From Tetramitus jugosus (taxonomy: Eukaryota > Protista > Heterolobosea), in contig OW569368.1 in the NCBI GenBank assembly GCA_937625935.1, positions 1 to 64,000 on the forward strand: a stretch of 64,000 nt of DNA, read 5' to 3'. Under the pieces are notes generated by a model. The model was not told the DNA's origin and made no database searches. It saw nothing but the letters and a program-made list of their open reading frames with translations. The position numbers and the translations under genes are program-made. Shown piece after piece: positions 10,315 to 22,021 of this stretch. Position 1 is the first letter of the stretch. Every line of letters starts with the position of its first letter.

Positions 10315-11629
10315 ATGCTGAACGAACAAGAAGAATATCAAGAAAAGATATAAAGACTTGATGGATAAGAACAATAGCTTGAAGGCAACCAACTAGGTGC
10401 ACATGTTCCATTTCATCAATGCTCCAATAATCTTGCTCAGGCAGACCGGATAAACAGGATTTTGGTAATAACAGCCAGATATTGAACCACCATTTGTCCA
10501 ATAGCAACAATCTTGACCAGGAGTATTTGGCAACAGGTAGTCAGATCTTCATCTACAAACGCATCCCATTCAACTCCATTCAATTCTCCTTTCAATGTGG
10601 TCTAGAAGCTAGAATTCGACGTTGGAAGCACCGTCAAGTTCTAGCAGGAGAATACAGAAGCAGATGACTCGGATCACTGGCAATACTCCAGATACTCCTG
10701 TTACTTTGGACAGTTCAACATCTCCTCAAACACCATGGATTAAAAGGAAGAGGATGCAGTCACCAGAGGCAAGAAACATACCTCTGTCTACCAGATTGAG
10801 TAATATTCTGCAGATTCAAGATGCAGAACAATTAGCTCAATTTTTATTCCAGACCCAGGGTTTGTCTAAAGAGGATACATTGCAAAGATATGAGCAATTT
10901 GGACAGCGAAGAACTTGTTAACGATATAATCAAAGAACTAGCTCTGTTTATTCTTTGCAGATTATCAAAGTTACTCATTTGTAACTCGCTGTCCAATTGA
11001 TGGCTCTATTAGGTAAGGGACGATCTATAATCAAAACTTCCAACTTATCATGATTCAGACTACCTCTCATTTCATTTTCTCCGTGTAATTGCGCATATCT
11101 GTCAGTAGAAAATCGATTAGAATGAACATCGCGTTGGAGCTGACATTAAACATTAATGTAGAACAATATCATTGAACAGATTCTTTTTCCATTGAACGAC
11201 TTGGAGCCGACATTAAACAACGGAGATACCATAACATTGTGTCGAACAATGACTGAGATTGCCCAATGGATTGGGACAATACTTTCATCTGTTAACAACG
11301 GCAAAGCATTTACAAGTGATATCATCCTACATAAGAGTCAAGCACCAGAACATTTGATTAACTTTCTGTTGAATCATTTCATAAGAGAGCTCGGATCAGA
11401 CAATGTTGTGTCCGTACTTTCGTTTTGCAAACATTTGCGACAATCTCTGGGTTGTAATGACGAGTATTTGGAGAGAATTGAGAGTCATTGTCTCAGGTTG
11501 ATTCTCCAGTTTGTCAATTCTGGGAAGGCAAACTCTATCCGAGATCTCAGAGATCGAAAGGATCTTCATTCTGAGATTCTGTTTCATGCAACAGAAGGTT
11601 CGTTCGCTCATGCAAGCTCAACTGAGTAA
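10315..11629 (+). pseudogene. Probable degraded gene of unknown family
   Basis: Same-strand protein-like ORF pieces (10622-10921, 11192-11629) separated by stops or frameshifts. No family recognised. Confidence 0.35.
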
Positions 11630-12038
11630 CAAATCAACATTCTCTACTAAGTGGTGCGATTTGTCATTAGTAGTGTTGGTTGAAGTAGTGTCCATGTTTT
11701 TGTTGGTCGAAGGGAATGCATGTTTTTCTGTTGTGCTTTGTTGATCGGAAGTGATTTCAAGTCCAGCTAAAACTGGAAGTTCTGACTCACCGTAGATGGA
11801 AGATAAACGGCAGCGATTTTCTGTTGTGGATGATATCCCCAAGCATGTTTTTTTTGTGTACTTATTTGGAAGAACTCGACATGCACACAAACAAAACGGT
11901 GAGAATAAGATATGAGACGTGCTCTTTCATTGATCAAGAACAAAGAATAGAGAATACGGCGGTGTCCGTACTTTGTCATCCTTCCACAAGGGAGAAAGCA
12001 CCAGCAAACAACTTGTGTTTCAGATTGTGTCTAGATTG

Positions 12039-13208
12039 ATGGCTTCACAAAAGGAGAGTCAACAAAGACAAGTCGATCTTGCGTCTTTGAGAGTGTTGAT
12101 TGATCAAGATGTTAATGCCTTCGCTTATTCTATCCAATCTGCTTGTCAAATGGGAGCCAACTTGCGTTTCGCTAATATTGATCCTTTCACAAAACCTCGA
12201 TTCTTGAAGCAACCAGTCACTGTTGCTGTTACTGGTGCAAGTGGTCAGATTGCTTACTCTTTGATTCCAAGAATTTTGACGGGTCAAGTGTTTGGCTATG
12301 ATACACCAGTTAACCTGAGATTGATTGATATCCCAGAAATGGAGAACGCTATCAAGGGTGTTGCTATGGAAGTTGCAGATTGCGCTTTCCCATTGATGAA
12401 CGAAATTCAAACCGGTTCTGATCACACCATGTGGAAACGTGTTGATTATGCTTTCTTACTTGGTGCTAAGCAAAGAGTTAAGGGTATGGAGCGATCTGAC
12501 TTATTGAAAGACAATGGCATCATCTTCCAAAAGCAAGGTCAACTCTTGAACCAATATGCAAACTCTGCTGTCTTGACTCTTGTTGTTGGTAATCCTGCAA
12601 ATTCCAATGCCATGATTGCTGCAAACAATGCACCAAAGCTTGACAAGATGCAATTCTCAGCAATGACCAGATTGGATCATGAACGTGCCTTGGCTCGAGT
12701 TGCTGAAAAACTTAGTGTCAACGTTACACAACTCTCTAACTTTACCATCTGGGGTAATCACTCTGCTACGCAAGTTCCCGATGTCACCCATGCAAAGGTT
12801 CACAATGCTGACGGAACTGTCAAGTCTGTCATAGAGTTGGTTGACAACAAGTGGTTAGACCAAGTTTTTACTCCATCCGTTCAACAACGTGGTGCTGAAA
12901 TTATTCAAGCTCGTGGCTTAGGTTCTGCTGCTTCTGCCGCTGATGCTGCTATTAAGCACATGAGGGATTGGGTCAATGGATTCTCCCAGGAAAGAAAGTC
13001 ACGAGGTGACTGGACATCTATGGCTTTGCCAGTTGACGGTATTGTTGGAAGTAACGGTGTCTGGGTATCTGTTCCAGTTATCTGCGAAGGAAATGGAAAG
13101 GTCAGAGTTGTTGAAGGCGTACTTGATAAGAGTAAAGAGGCAAAGATCAAGAAGTCTGTTGCTGAATTAGAATCTGAGAAGGCTTCAGTCAAGAACTTGA
13201 TCAAGTAA
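12039..13208 (+). CDS. mdh: Malate dehydrogenase (cytosolic/MDH1-type family) with N-terminal extension
   Basis: VAVTGASGQIAYSL, GMERSDLL, VVGNPANSN, AMTRLDH, IWGNHS, VQQRGAEII. Confidence 0.95.
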   Translation: MASQKESQQRQVDLASLRVLIDQDVNAFAYSIQSACQMGANLRFANIDPFTKPRFLKQPVTVAVTGASGQIAYSLIPRILTGQVFGYDTPVNLRLIDIPEMENAIKGVAMEVADCAFPLMNEIQTGSDHTMWKRVDYAFLLGAKQRVKGMERSDLLKDNGIIFQKQGQLLNQYANSAVLTLVVGNPANSNAMIAANNAPKLDKMQFSAMTRLDHERALARVAEKLSVNVTQLSNFTIWGNHSATQVPDVTHAKVHNADGTVKSVIELVDNKWLDQVFTPSVQQRGAEIIQARGLGSAASAADAAIKHMRDWVNGFSQERKSRGDWTSMALPVDGIVGSNGVWVSVPVICEGNGKVRVVEGVLDKSKEAKIKKSVAELESEKASVKNLIK

Positions 13209-13436
13209 AGAAGAAGAACAATCTATTGTACAGAAGTAGCAGTCATTGCCGCAAGATACTCTCTTACCTATCATCTTTAATAAAGGGGAGGTGCATTCAG
13301 TGGTAGATACATAAATACGGTCAACATATCCGATTCATCCCTCTGTGCTTCAGAGGATTATAGCGGTAGATTACCAACATGACATACAATCGAGTGAGCG
13401 CAATTCCATTGTTGCACGAATACCTACTTCAACAAT

Positions 13437-13703
13437 TCTCCATCCAGACATGAAATCAGAGCCATGGCATCAAGCACCCGAAATATGTCTGTGATCAGTC
13501 ATATCTTACATCACGGTAGTAAGAGTACCCTCGTTGAAGATACATGTATTGGTTCTGCGGTTGACAACAAGACTCGTTCAGATGAAATGGAGAAGGGCAT
13601 AACTGTTGTGAAAATACTTCCGATTGCATTCCGCTCAGACTTCGCTTCCACCCAACGAATTTCTGATCGAAGTCATTCCGGAAGGCACGATGAAGCGATA
13701 TGA
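13437..13703 (+). pseudogene. EEF2: Elongation factor 2 N-terminal relic with internal deletions
   Basis: EIRAM..RNMSVISH..HG-SKSTL, TRSDEMEKGIT and DFAS..RISD match eEF2 RNMSVIAHVDHGKSTL, TRxDEQERGIT and DFSSEVTAALRVTD. Confidence 0.8.
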
Positions 13704-13753
13704 ACCAACAATCAAACAACTACTAACAAACATAAGAACTGAAAAAACAAACT

Positions 13754-14278
13754 ATGTTGATCGATGTTGCTTCTTTGTCTTTGGGTATTGAGACCACTGG
13801 TGGTGTTATGACCAGGTTGATTGAGAGAAACACAGTTATGCCCTGCAAGAAGTCCCAAATCTTCACCACTTATGCTGATGAACAATCAAGTGTTTTGATT
13901 CGAGTGTTCGAAGGTGAGAGACCTATGACCAAAGACAACAACCTTGTTCATCAGTTTGAATTGTTTGGTATCGCACCTGCGCCAAGAGGTGTTCCAAACA
14001 TTGAAGTCACCTTCAAATTGGATGCCAACGGTAGTCTGAACGTTTCAGCCAAGGATACCACCTGTGGACAGGAAGAACATATCACCATCGCCAACTACAA
14101 TAGTCGATTATCACCAAAGAAGATCCATGATATGTTGAGAAAAACTGAAGAAATGAAGGAAGAGGATGAAGAGAACTTGGCAAAGATCAATGCAATGAAT
14201 GCATTGAAATCCCTGAAGCAACCTCTCCATGCATCAAAGGAAGATTTCAGAAGAGGTTGCACTTCTCAACCAAAGTAA
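13754..14278 (+). pseudogene. HSP70: Hsp70 substrate-binding-domain-only fragment (no ATPase domain)
   Basis: [59 protein letters not shown]. Confidence 0.85.
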
Positions 14279-14757
14279 GGAATTCTTTGTGTGCACTCGT
14301 GCACTGGGAGAGGTTCTAGGTGTGAAGCTAGTGAGTGTGATTGGAGTTGTCCTGATGGAATCATTGGACCTTGATGCTCTGAATCGTCCTAACTGACTTC
14401 GCAAAAAATATAAGTGATAAACTCTGTAGATGCTTCCTTCTTTTAGCAAACAACCCAGCCGTGTTTCAAACAAGCGAATCACGCCAAGATAGGATAGACA
14501 CTTTCATTTCGCTGAGGTGTACCGAATGTCTTTTCGGGCGAATCGACAGGGAGTAACGCCTGGTAATTCTGACCTGAGCTGGGAAATTTTGATCTGTCAC
14601 ATTTCTCTCCATTCCGTCAAGCCCCAAAAAATGCTCCTTGTGCGAACCCCCCTGTTGTCAACCATTGAATGTGTTAGTTCGTTTCCACGTTTGAACTCAA
14701 CCTGTGGTTTAAAAGGTTCCACGCACTCAAAAAGAAAAGTAATCAACCAACACCACA

Positions 14758-15486
14758 ATGAAGAAAGTTCTCTTATCCTTGCTCCTTGTCTGCTTGTTCT
14801 ACACAGCTTTTGCACTTGATAGCCAATTTATTGCACTCAGCGACTTGTTTGAACAAACTGATGGTTTCAGTTGGAAAGACAGAGGCAACTGGTTGCAGTC
14901 AAAGAACTATTGTCAGTGGAACGGTGTTACTTGCGATGCTTATTCCTATGTAACCAAGTTGAAATTACACAACAATAACTTGAATGGTAAGATTCCAGAT
15001 TCGATTGGAAGTTTGACTAGACTAGATGCACTGGATCTATCTTCTAATAAGTTGCAGGGAGCTATTCCAGAGACTTTTGGAGCTTTGAAACAAATGACTA
15101 CTTTGTTGTTGAAGTCTAACTCACTCAAGACCTTGCCAAAATCTTTCAACGAGTTGCAAAGCTTGTCTTCATTGGATTTGTCTGATAACTTCTTCTCAAC
15201 TGAGTTCCCAACTCAAATTACTCAGCTTCCAAGACTCACTAGATTAAACCTCAGTGGAAATTCATTCACCGGTGTCATGCCATCTTCCTTTGCTGGTCTA
15301 TACTCAAAGTTTAAGTTGCAGTATTTGGACTTGAGTGGCAACCAACTCACTGGATTTCCTCAAGATCTTGCCATGCCAGCTCCATTCTTGCAAGCCTGTA
15401 ACTTGTCCAAGAACAGATTTAGATGTCCAATTGCAAAGTGGGCTGAACATTTGTGCAATGCTACATGCGTTAAGTACTTCGGATAA
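14758..15486 (+). CDS. Secreted leucine-rich repeat protein (plant-type LRRNT + LRRs)
   Basis: Signal peptide, CQWNGVTC cap, LxxLDLSxNxLxGxIP repeats, Cys-rich C-terminal cap. Confidence 0.92.
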   Translation: MKKVLLSLLLVCLFYTAFALDSQFIALSDLFEQTDGFSWKDRGNWLQSKNYCQWNGVTCDAYSYVTKLKLHNNNLNGKIPDSIGSLTRLDALDLSSNKLQGAIPETFGALKQMTTLLLKSNSLKTLPKSFNELQSLSSLDLSDNFFSTEFPTQITQLPRLTRLNLSGNSFTGVMPSSFAGLYSKFKLQYLDLSGNQLTGFPQDLAMPAPFLQACNLSKNRFRCPIAKWAEHLCNATCVKYFG

Positions 15487-15930
15487 ATGATCCAATAAAT
15501 ACTATTAGTAGTTGTTGAACAATGAAACTATGACTTCTTTGGTATGTTCTAATACCATATTTTGTGGACCAATCACCATATTCTTCACTTCAATCGATGT
15601 TTCTGTGTGGTGTTAGTCACGTACGACAACAAAGGAAAGAAAAGGGAAGTATCTGCAGTCAGAATTTCGGCGCTTTGTTTATCGGTGACTTTTTTTACAA
15701 ATTGATTATTGTTATGGGAGACTCGTTGTATGGTCGATTCACACAACCAAAATGTCAGACCGGGTATTTCCTTTCCATATTGGGACTTAGCGAGCTAAAA
15801 TTTGCCTTGGTTGACCACGTTTTTTGGTTATAGATCTCAGATCGACAAGATATAAGAGTGTTGTTTCAGTTCGATCCAACAACTGGTTTTTCAAACAAAA
15901 GTAATCCTATAACTTGTATACGCACACAGT

Positions 15931-17247
15931 ATGGCAAATCTATTGAGCAATGTTTATGAGAAATTGAGTGGTGATATTCCCACGACAACAAGTCCCGAGT
16001 ACAAAACTCGCAAGGGTGAAACCATGAAGGCTGTAGCATGGTTTGGTGATAAGGATGTTCGTGTCATTGATACACCGGTACCTGCTGTTACTGAACCTCA
16101 AGATGCAATCGTGAGAGTAACAGGTACAACTGTCTGTGGATCTGATCTCCACTTGTATCACAAGGAGATTTTTGAGATGAGATCTGGAGATATTCTCGGT
16201 CATGAATTTTGTGGTATCGTGGATGAAGTGGGACCTGACTGTAAGTTGAAGGTTGGTCAAAGAGTTGTCTGCTCTTTCCAAATTGCTTGTGGTAAGTGTG
16301 AGTACTGTAAGAAGGGCTTATCAAGCATGTGTGACACTACCAATGATTCCAAATTGATGAATGATCTGTATGGTCATCGCTTTGCTGCTATCTTCGGCTA
16401 TTCCCATTTCACATCTGGTTTTGCTGGAGGACAAGCCGAGTATGTTCGTGTTCCATTCGGTGATGTCAACTTGCTGCCTTTGCCAGATGATGTTCCAGAT
16501 GAGAAGGGTCTCTATCTCAGTGATGTGCTCTGTACCAGTTATCATGCATGTGTAGAAGCAAATTTTGAGAAGGGTAATGTTGTGGGAATCTGGGGTGCTG
16601 GACCAATTGGTTTGTTATGCTGTGCCTGGGCCAAAATCATGGGTGCTTCACGAGTCATCATCATTGACAATGTACCAGATCGTTTGAAGCGTGCTGAAGA
16701 CTTTCTCGGTGTTGAAACTCTCAATTTTGATGAACAAGATCCAGTCAAGACTATTCAAGAAATTTGTCCAGGTGGAATCGACAGAGCCATTGATTGTGCA
16801 GGTTTCCGATACACTAAAACTCTCTTGCACAAGATAGAGAGAGCAGTAGGATTGGAGACTGATTCGAGTGAAGTATTGAATGAAATGATCAAATTGGTCA
16901 AAAAATTTGGAACAATTGTACTGATTGCAGACTATGCTGCTTACTCCAACCATGTCAACGTTGGTGGTATCATGGAAAAGGGTATTCGCTTCATTGGTGG
17001 TGGTCAAGCTCCAGTTCAAAAGTATTGGAAAGATATTCTCTCAAAGTATATTCAAACTGGCAAGTTGGATACTGCCTTCAAGACTATACTCACTCACAGA
17101 TTCCAATTGGAGGATATTCCCCTCGTTTACAAGTACTTTGATGCCAAGGAAAAGGGTGTGATCAAAACATTCATCCAAACCAAATTCTCAGGTCCACCTG
17201 ATCCTATCTTACCTACTTTGAGCACTTTGGCAGCCTCATCTGATTAA
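15931..17247 (+). CDS. Zinc-dependent medium-chain alcohol dehydrogenase, formaldehyde-dehydrogenase-like
   Basis: CGSDLH, LGHEFCG, structural Zn site CxxCxxC(x7)C, GAGPIG. Confidence 0.93.
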   Translation: MANLLSNVYEKLSGDIPTTTSPEYKTRKGETMKAVAWFGDKDVRVIDTPVPAVTEPQDAIVRVTGTTVCGSDLHLYHKEIFEMRSGDILGHEFCGIVDEVGPDCKLKVGQRVVCSFQIACGKCEYCKKGLSSMCDTTNDSKLMNDLYGHRFAAIFGYSHFTSGFAGGQAEYVRVPFGDVNLLPLPDDVPDEKGLYLSDVLCTSYHACVEANFEKGNVVGIWGAGPIGLLCCAWAKIMGASRVIIIDNVPDRLKRAEDFLGVETLNFDEQDPVKTIQEICPGGIDRAIDCAGFRYTKTLLHKIERAVGLETDSSEVLNEMIKLVKKFGTIVLIADYAAYSNHVNVGGIMEKGIRFIGGGQAPVQKYWKDILSKYIQTGKLDTAFKTILTHRFQLEDIPLVYKYFDAKEKGVIKTFIQTKFSGPPDPILPTLSTLAASSD

Positions 17248-17551
17248 AGTCATTCAAATAAAACAAGACATTCAAGCTTGATTGTCATTGTTGAAACAGT
17301 GATTCCAACAAAAACCTTTCCCAACACAGAAAACGATTTCACACCATCTGAGGAAGGCCATTGAACCAAATTCTCTGATTGTAACCTTGGTTGGTGTTTG
17401 GAGGTTTGTTATCTCCCATGAATTGTGTAGAACGGAGATCGGGAAGTATTAGAGCTGAAAAGGCAGAGGCACTGTTATTGTGGCTGTACAGTTCCCCGAT
17501 CGCACCAACCGTTACTAATTTCGCAGTAATTTTGCAAGAAAACAAACGACG

Positions 17552-18094
17552 ATGGAGTACCTAAAACACAGCTTTTCGGATTATTTGGCAACAATCTCTA
17601 ATGATGTTAAAATCAATGTTCTTTGTAGTGTTCTTGTGTTCCCAAGAACTAGAAGTCTGCAGGACAAAGCTGTGAGCACTTGTCAAATAGATGAAACTGA
17701 CTTGTTAAAGACTAATAGAGGCTTGGAGATTAATTGGGGTGAATTGAAAAGAAAAGTAGCGATGGATGCTGAGCTTATTGGTATTGATGCTGTCAACGAT
17801 CTGACATGCATTCTGAATTTATTGCAGGAGGTGGAACCGACTTTGAAGTTAGCAGTCTTTGATGGTTTTGTAATCTACAGAGGAGGTATAGATCTGTTAC
17901 GAATTCAGATTGGTGATAGAAATGATTCAAGAAGTGCTTATGTGGAGATCAATGATTACCGTAGACAAATTAATATATTCTTCGTTAAACAAGAGCAACA
18001 ATTAACTCAACAATTCAGGGACTGGATGATGGTACTGATATTCCTAGCTATAATGATACACACTTGTGTATCTGGATATTCTTATTTCAAGTAG
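17552..18094 (+). CDS. Hypothetical protein with C-terminal TM (tail-anchored?)
   Basis: 180-aa ATG ORF with hydrophobic C-terminus WMMVLIFLAIMIHTCV. Confidence 0.55.
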   Translation: MEYLKHSFSDYLATISNDVKINVLCSVLVFPRTRSLQDKAVSTCQIDETDLLKTNRGLEINWGELKRKVAMDAELIGIDAVNDLTCILNLLQEVEPTLKLAVFDGFVIYRGGIDLLRIQIGDRNDSRSAYVEINDYRRQINIFFVKQEQQLTQQFRDWMMVLIFLAIMIHTCVSGYSYFK

Positions 18095-18124
18095 ACTTAT
18101 AATAAAGGCTAAACGGCAATACCC

Positions 18125-20517
18125 TTGGCATACTCCTACCACTCACAGACGATAACATCAATACCACATCTTCTACCAACAACACATGAACTAGTTTTTA
18201 TTCGTAATGATCTGGAGCAGAAGGCAGAAGAGGTGAAAAAGGGGACGATGGAGCAAATGGTTCTCGTGCTGGAGACGATGGAAAAGATGACAGGAATGGC
18301 AAAGATGGTCAAGATGGCAGAAGAAGATCAGATGGCAAGAATGGTCGAGATGGCGGTAATGCAAGACATATGCATTTGAGATTGGCCATGAACTCTCCTC
18401 AACAATTGTCCTTCACTGGGAGTTACAATGGAACACTTGAAATGAGTCACATGATGCCAGATAGCTGCATATAGTTGAATTCAAAGGGAGGTAAAGTGTG
18501 GTCGGTGTGGCATTTCAGGTGAGAATGGGTCTGTATGGTATGTAATCCTTGATCCAGTCACAAATCAACCTCTAGAACAATCTTATGCAAAGTTCAACCG
18601 CTCTGATTCTTCATACACGGTCAAAGGAGTGATAGATGATAGTGTATTTGAACCTGGAGAAAGAATTGTGATCAATGCAGTGGAAGTGACAAACAATGGT
18701 GGAATGGCTCTTCCAGCAAGTTTCTTTGGCTCTCTTCTAGACGTTCCTGAAGTCACACATGCTGGCCAACTTCATGAAACAGCCAAGGTCATTTCAACAA
18801 GCCAACTTGTCAGCTGCAACTTTGTGGACAGCATGATTGAGACATCTCTGAATGTTCAATATCCCATACAAATTTCAGTCATGAATGGAAATGAACAAAT
18901 GATTCATGGACAACGATCGATGTTTCAACTTCATATAAGAAACTTCTCGAGTCTTCCATATGGAAATATGTCTGGAAATGGGGATGTATCATGGAAAATC
19001 AATACAGACAGCGGATTAATTGTCACCGGATCACAAGAAGTTGGTCCACAGACAGGAGAGATTGACATACTTGCACCTGATGAATCATTTAATTGTAGTA
19101 TGGAAGTGACAGTGGATACTAATGTTGAATTATTTGAAGTGCTACCATGGAGTGTTGAACTCTACTTCAGAGGCTAGCACATGGAAATTGGTGAAAGAGT
19201 ACGAGAATCACTCCAAGCTATGTTCCAGTGCATTCCTCAAATCAACATTGTTTGATGTTTTATTTGTTTCCAACAAACATATTGTCAAACAAGAAGACTT
19301 TGAACTCAGAATATTCGAGAGATTGGGTCTTAGAACTAATTTTTGGGTTTGTGAGCAATACAATAGGTTCAGCATTGATCAGTCCACAGGTAATAGTCAT
19401 CCAGTGTCTTGGAAGAACGAATACAATGGAAAAGTTTTTGTCATGCTTCTTTCTCGTCCTGATGAATTGATGCAACTGCTGACACCGAGTGATTCATGAG
19501 TTTTTTCATTGGAGACAACCTTGAAGCACCAACTGTAGTGGTTCGTAGTAATCATCCCTATTTATCTCACAGTTGTATGAATCAATATCAGAGAAGCCAG
19601 TTGACCTCAAACACTTGTCCAGAGACTTTTTGTTGAGTGCACCATCTCGTGTATCATTTGAGGCAAAACTGAGATCATATGGTGCCAACAAGAGGAGCCA
19701 AGATACTGCAGCTCTTTTTTCTTTGGCGAATTCTGAGTGCAATCCCGTTCAATTGGACAGTTTATTGGGTACAAGATGGCAACTTGGAACTGCCAGTGTC
19801 AAAGAAATACCGATCGATTGTACCCACAAGTTCTATAACGTTCCTCAAGAAGCACACTTATCTAATGATAATTTTAATGCACATGAGATGAACCAATTCC
19901 CACTATCCAGATTTGGAGCCACATTACATGCTATGATTTTTTCTCTGAGTATTCCCGCCAAACTTAAGCTCATTCATTCTGGAGGCGGTTTGGCAAAGAC
20001 AGAGAACTGAACCTTCTCTGGTATCAACAGGGAGTTCTCCATTTTAGAGCTTGTTGTTTATGCACAAAACAAGGATCTTCAAATTCAACTGTTTCACGCA
20101 TTTATCAAGAGACAGACTCGAATTGAAACACTCATATCACAACTGAGTTCTAATCCTGCCTATTTGACTCCTGAAATGGCTACCATTGTTATGAACTTGA
20201 AAAAAGACACTCAGGTTGAATCAGTCAACATCTTCAGCAACATGTTCCATGCAGTGCAATACTATAAAACAAAGAGAACGATGTTGGAGTGCTTATTCTC
20301 GCAGTCTTTGGGATCCTCTACTGTTCAAAGTATCGTACAGAAGGCCAAAGAAGAAGCTGAAAAATCTCTTAGCGAATTTGCTAACTATGACTTGGAACGT
20401 CCTCTTTTGTTGAATGAGCAGAGAAAAGCAGAAATTCCAGTTCCTTTCGCTGGGCAAATCTGGACTGTATGTGATGGAATCATCAACTTATTTTCTTGTC
20501 TCAGAGCAGAGGAGTAG
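18125..20517 (+). pseudogene. Fragmented large gene with a collagen-like G-X-X N-terminal region
   Basis: A frame not shown in the ORF track (~18213-18470) reads GAEGRRGEKGDDGANG..GKDGQDG..GKNGRDGGNA. Collinear ORF pieces follow (DDSVFEPGE..VTNNGGMALP etc.), broken by stops and frameshifts. Confidence 0.75.
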
Positions 20518-20782
20518 AGGCGAGTTGTTATCAATACAACTCAACTTGAATTATTTCAAATAGCGTAAAAGCAACAGAGATGACTTTTCTCATTTCGTCC
20601 ATTGGTCCACTGGAAAAGTGAAACGATCATGATTCTTCAAAGTTTCAACGTTTCTGGAATTGAATTTATAAGAAGAAAGGAGAGGTTTTATTTCTTGATA
20701 AACAGACGAACTAATTTGAGTGCAAGTTCTTGTCTATCAATCCATGCTTTACAACAGCATTCCTCGCCTCGATTATAGCTTC

Positions 20783-22021
20783 TTAACCGTGAGTACCGTC
20801 ATCAAACATCTTGTACATTCCTCCAGTGGCATCAGCGATACCTCTCATAAAGATGGTGGCATTCTTCTTCTGAGCTGCAGTTTCACTCTCCTTATTTTTT
20901 GCCAAGTAGTGGCCAAGGGTGAAAGCGACAGTGTTGACAACAACTGGGGTTTGTCTTTGTTTGTTCCATTGAGCAATTTCAGCCTTCATTCTGGCCAAAT
21001 CAGTAATTCCACCATTTGGTTGACCATCACTCAACAAGTAGATTGCCTTCAAGTTGGCTGTTCCCTTTTGGAAAGCAGCTTTGAGAGCATCACTAATATT
21101 GGTACCAGTCCATCTAGTTTCAAGAGCCTTGACATAAGCAAGAGCCTTTTCAACGTTTTCTGGTGTGGCTTGAACTGGAGCATTGGCCCAAATCTTAACG
21201 TCACCAGAGAAGTGATAGATGTTGAACAATTGGTTTGGTTGCAATCCAGCAATCAAAGAAACGAGTTGTTCCTTCACATAGGTGATTCTATCAAGTTGAG
21301 TTCCATCTGGCTTCTTGAAAACAACTTCCATACTTCCAGAAACATCAATGACGATGGCGACTTCAGGTTCATCAACAGATCCGAAGATGCAGTTTCTTCC
21401 CTTGGCGTTCAACAAAATTTGCTCGGCTTGTGCCTTGTCAGCTGGAGAGGTGAACAAATCAATCAGAGCTTGCTTGTTATCAACAAGTTCATAAATAGTG
21501 TTCTTCAATGATTCCAACAACTTCAACTTTTCAGAAGAAGAAGCCAACTTGGACAACAATTGGACTGCTTCAGAGATGTAGATACCAGAGATCTTTGGTC
21601 TCAACATGTCAATGACAGCAGATTGAACAAAGACAAACTCAGAGAATTGAGGAATGATCTTCAATGCTTGAGCACCAGTGAAACTCAAAGAATCAAGGTT
21701 GATGAAGTTGTTCAATGCTCTCAATTGACCATCCAAGCACTTTTCAGTTTGGATAGAAGCAATCAACTGGTTGATATCTTCATCAGTCTTGGTGTCCTTT
21801 TGAGGAGGGCACCAGTTGTCAGCCTTTGGAGATGATTCAATCATAGCATCAGACAGAGTGTTCAACTCCTTCTTCAACTTGTGAATTCTGTTTTTCAAGT
21901 GGTTGTTGAATCGACGAGAGCGTTCAATCTGAGCCACAAGTGGAGATCTTGCCTCAGTGGAGCTCAACAGAGCAAACAGTGCAACCAAGCACAATGCCAA
22001 AATAATAACCTTCTTCATCAT
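20783..22021 (-). CDS. Secreted von Willebrand factor A domain protein (N-terminal DUF4476-like helical region)
   Basis: Signal peptide, MIDAS DVSGS, GTNISDAL, YLLSDGQPN, IADATGGMY. Confidence 0.9.
   Translation of the reverse strand: MMKKVIILALCLVALFALLSSTEARSPLVAQIERSRRFNNHLKNRIHKLKKELNTLSDAMIESSPKADNWCPPQKDTKTDEDINQLIASIQTEKCLDGQLRALNNFINLDSLSFTGAQALKIIPQFSEFVFVQSAVIDMLRPKISGIYISEAVQLLSKLASSSEKLKLLESLKNTIYELVDNKQALIDLFTSPADKAQAEQILLNAKGRNCIFGSVDEPEVAIVIDVSGSMEVVFKKPDGTQLDRITYVKEQLVSLIAGLQPNQLFNIYHFSGDVKIWANAPVQATPENVEKALAYVKALETRWTGTNISDALKAAFQKGTANLKAIYLLSDGQPNGGITDLARMKAEIAQWNKQRQTPVVVNTVAFTLGHYLAKNKESETAAQKKNATIFMRGIADATGGMYKMFDDGTHG

Noticed and set aside
20720-21511. 263-aa plus-strand ORF
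   Set aside because: Antisense shadow of the codon-biased VWA gene.
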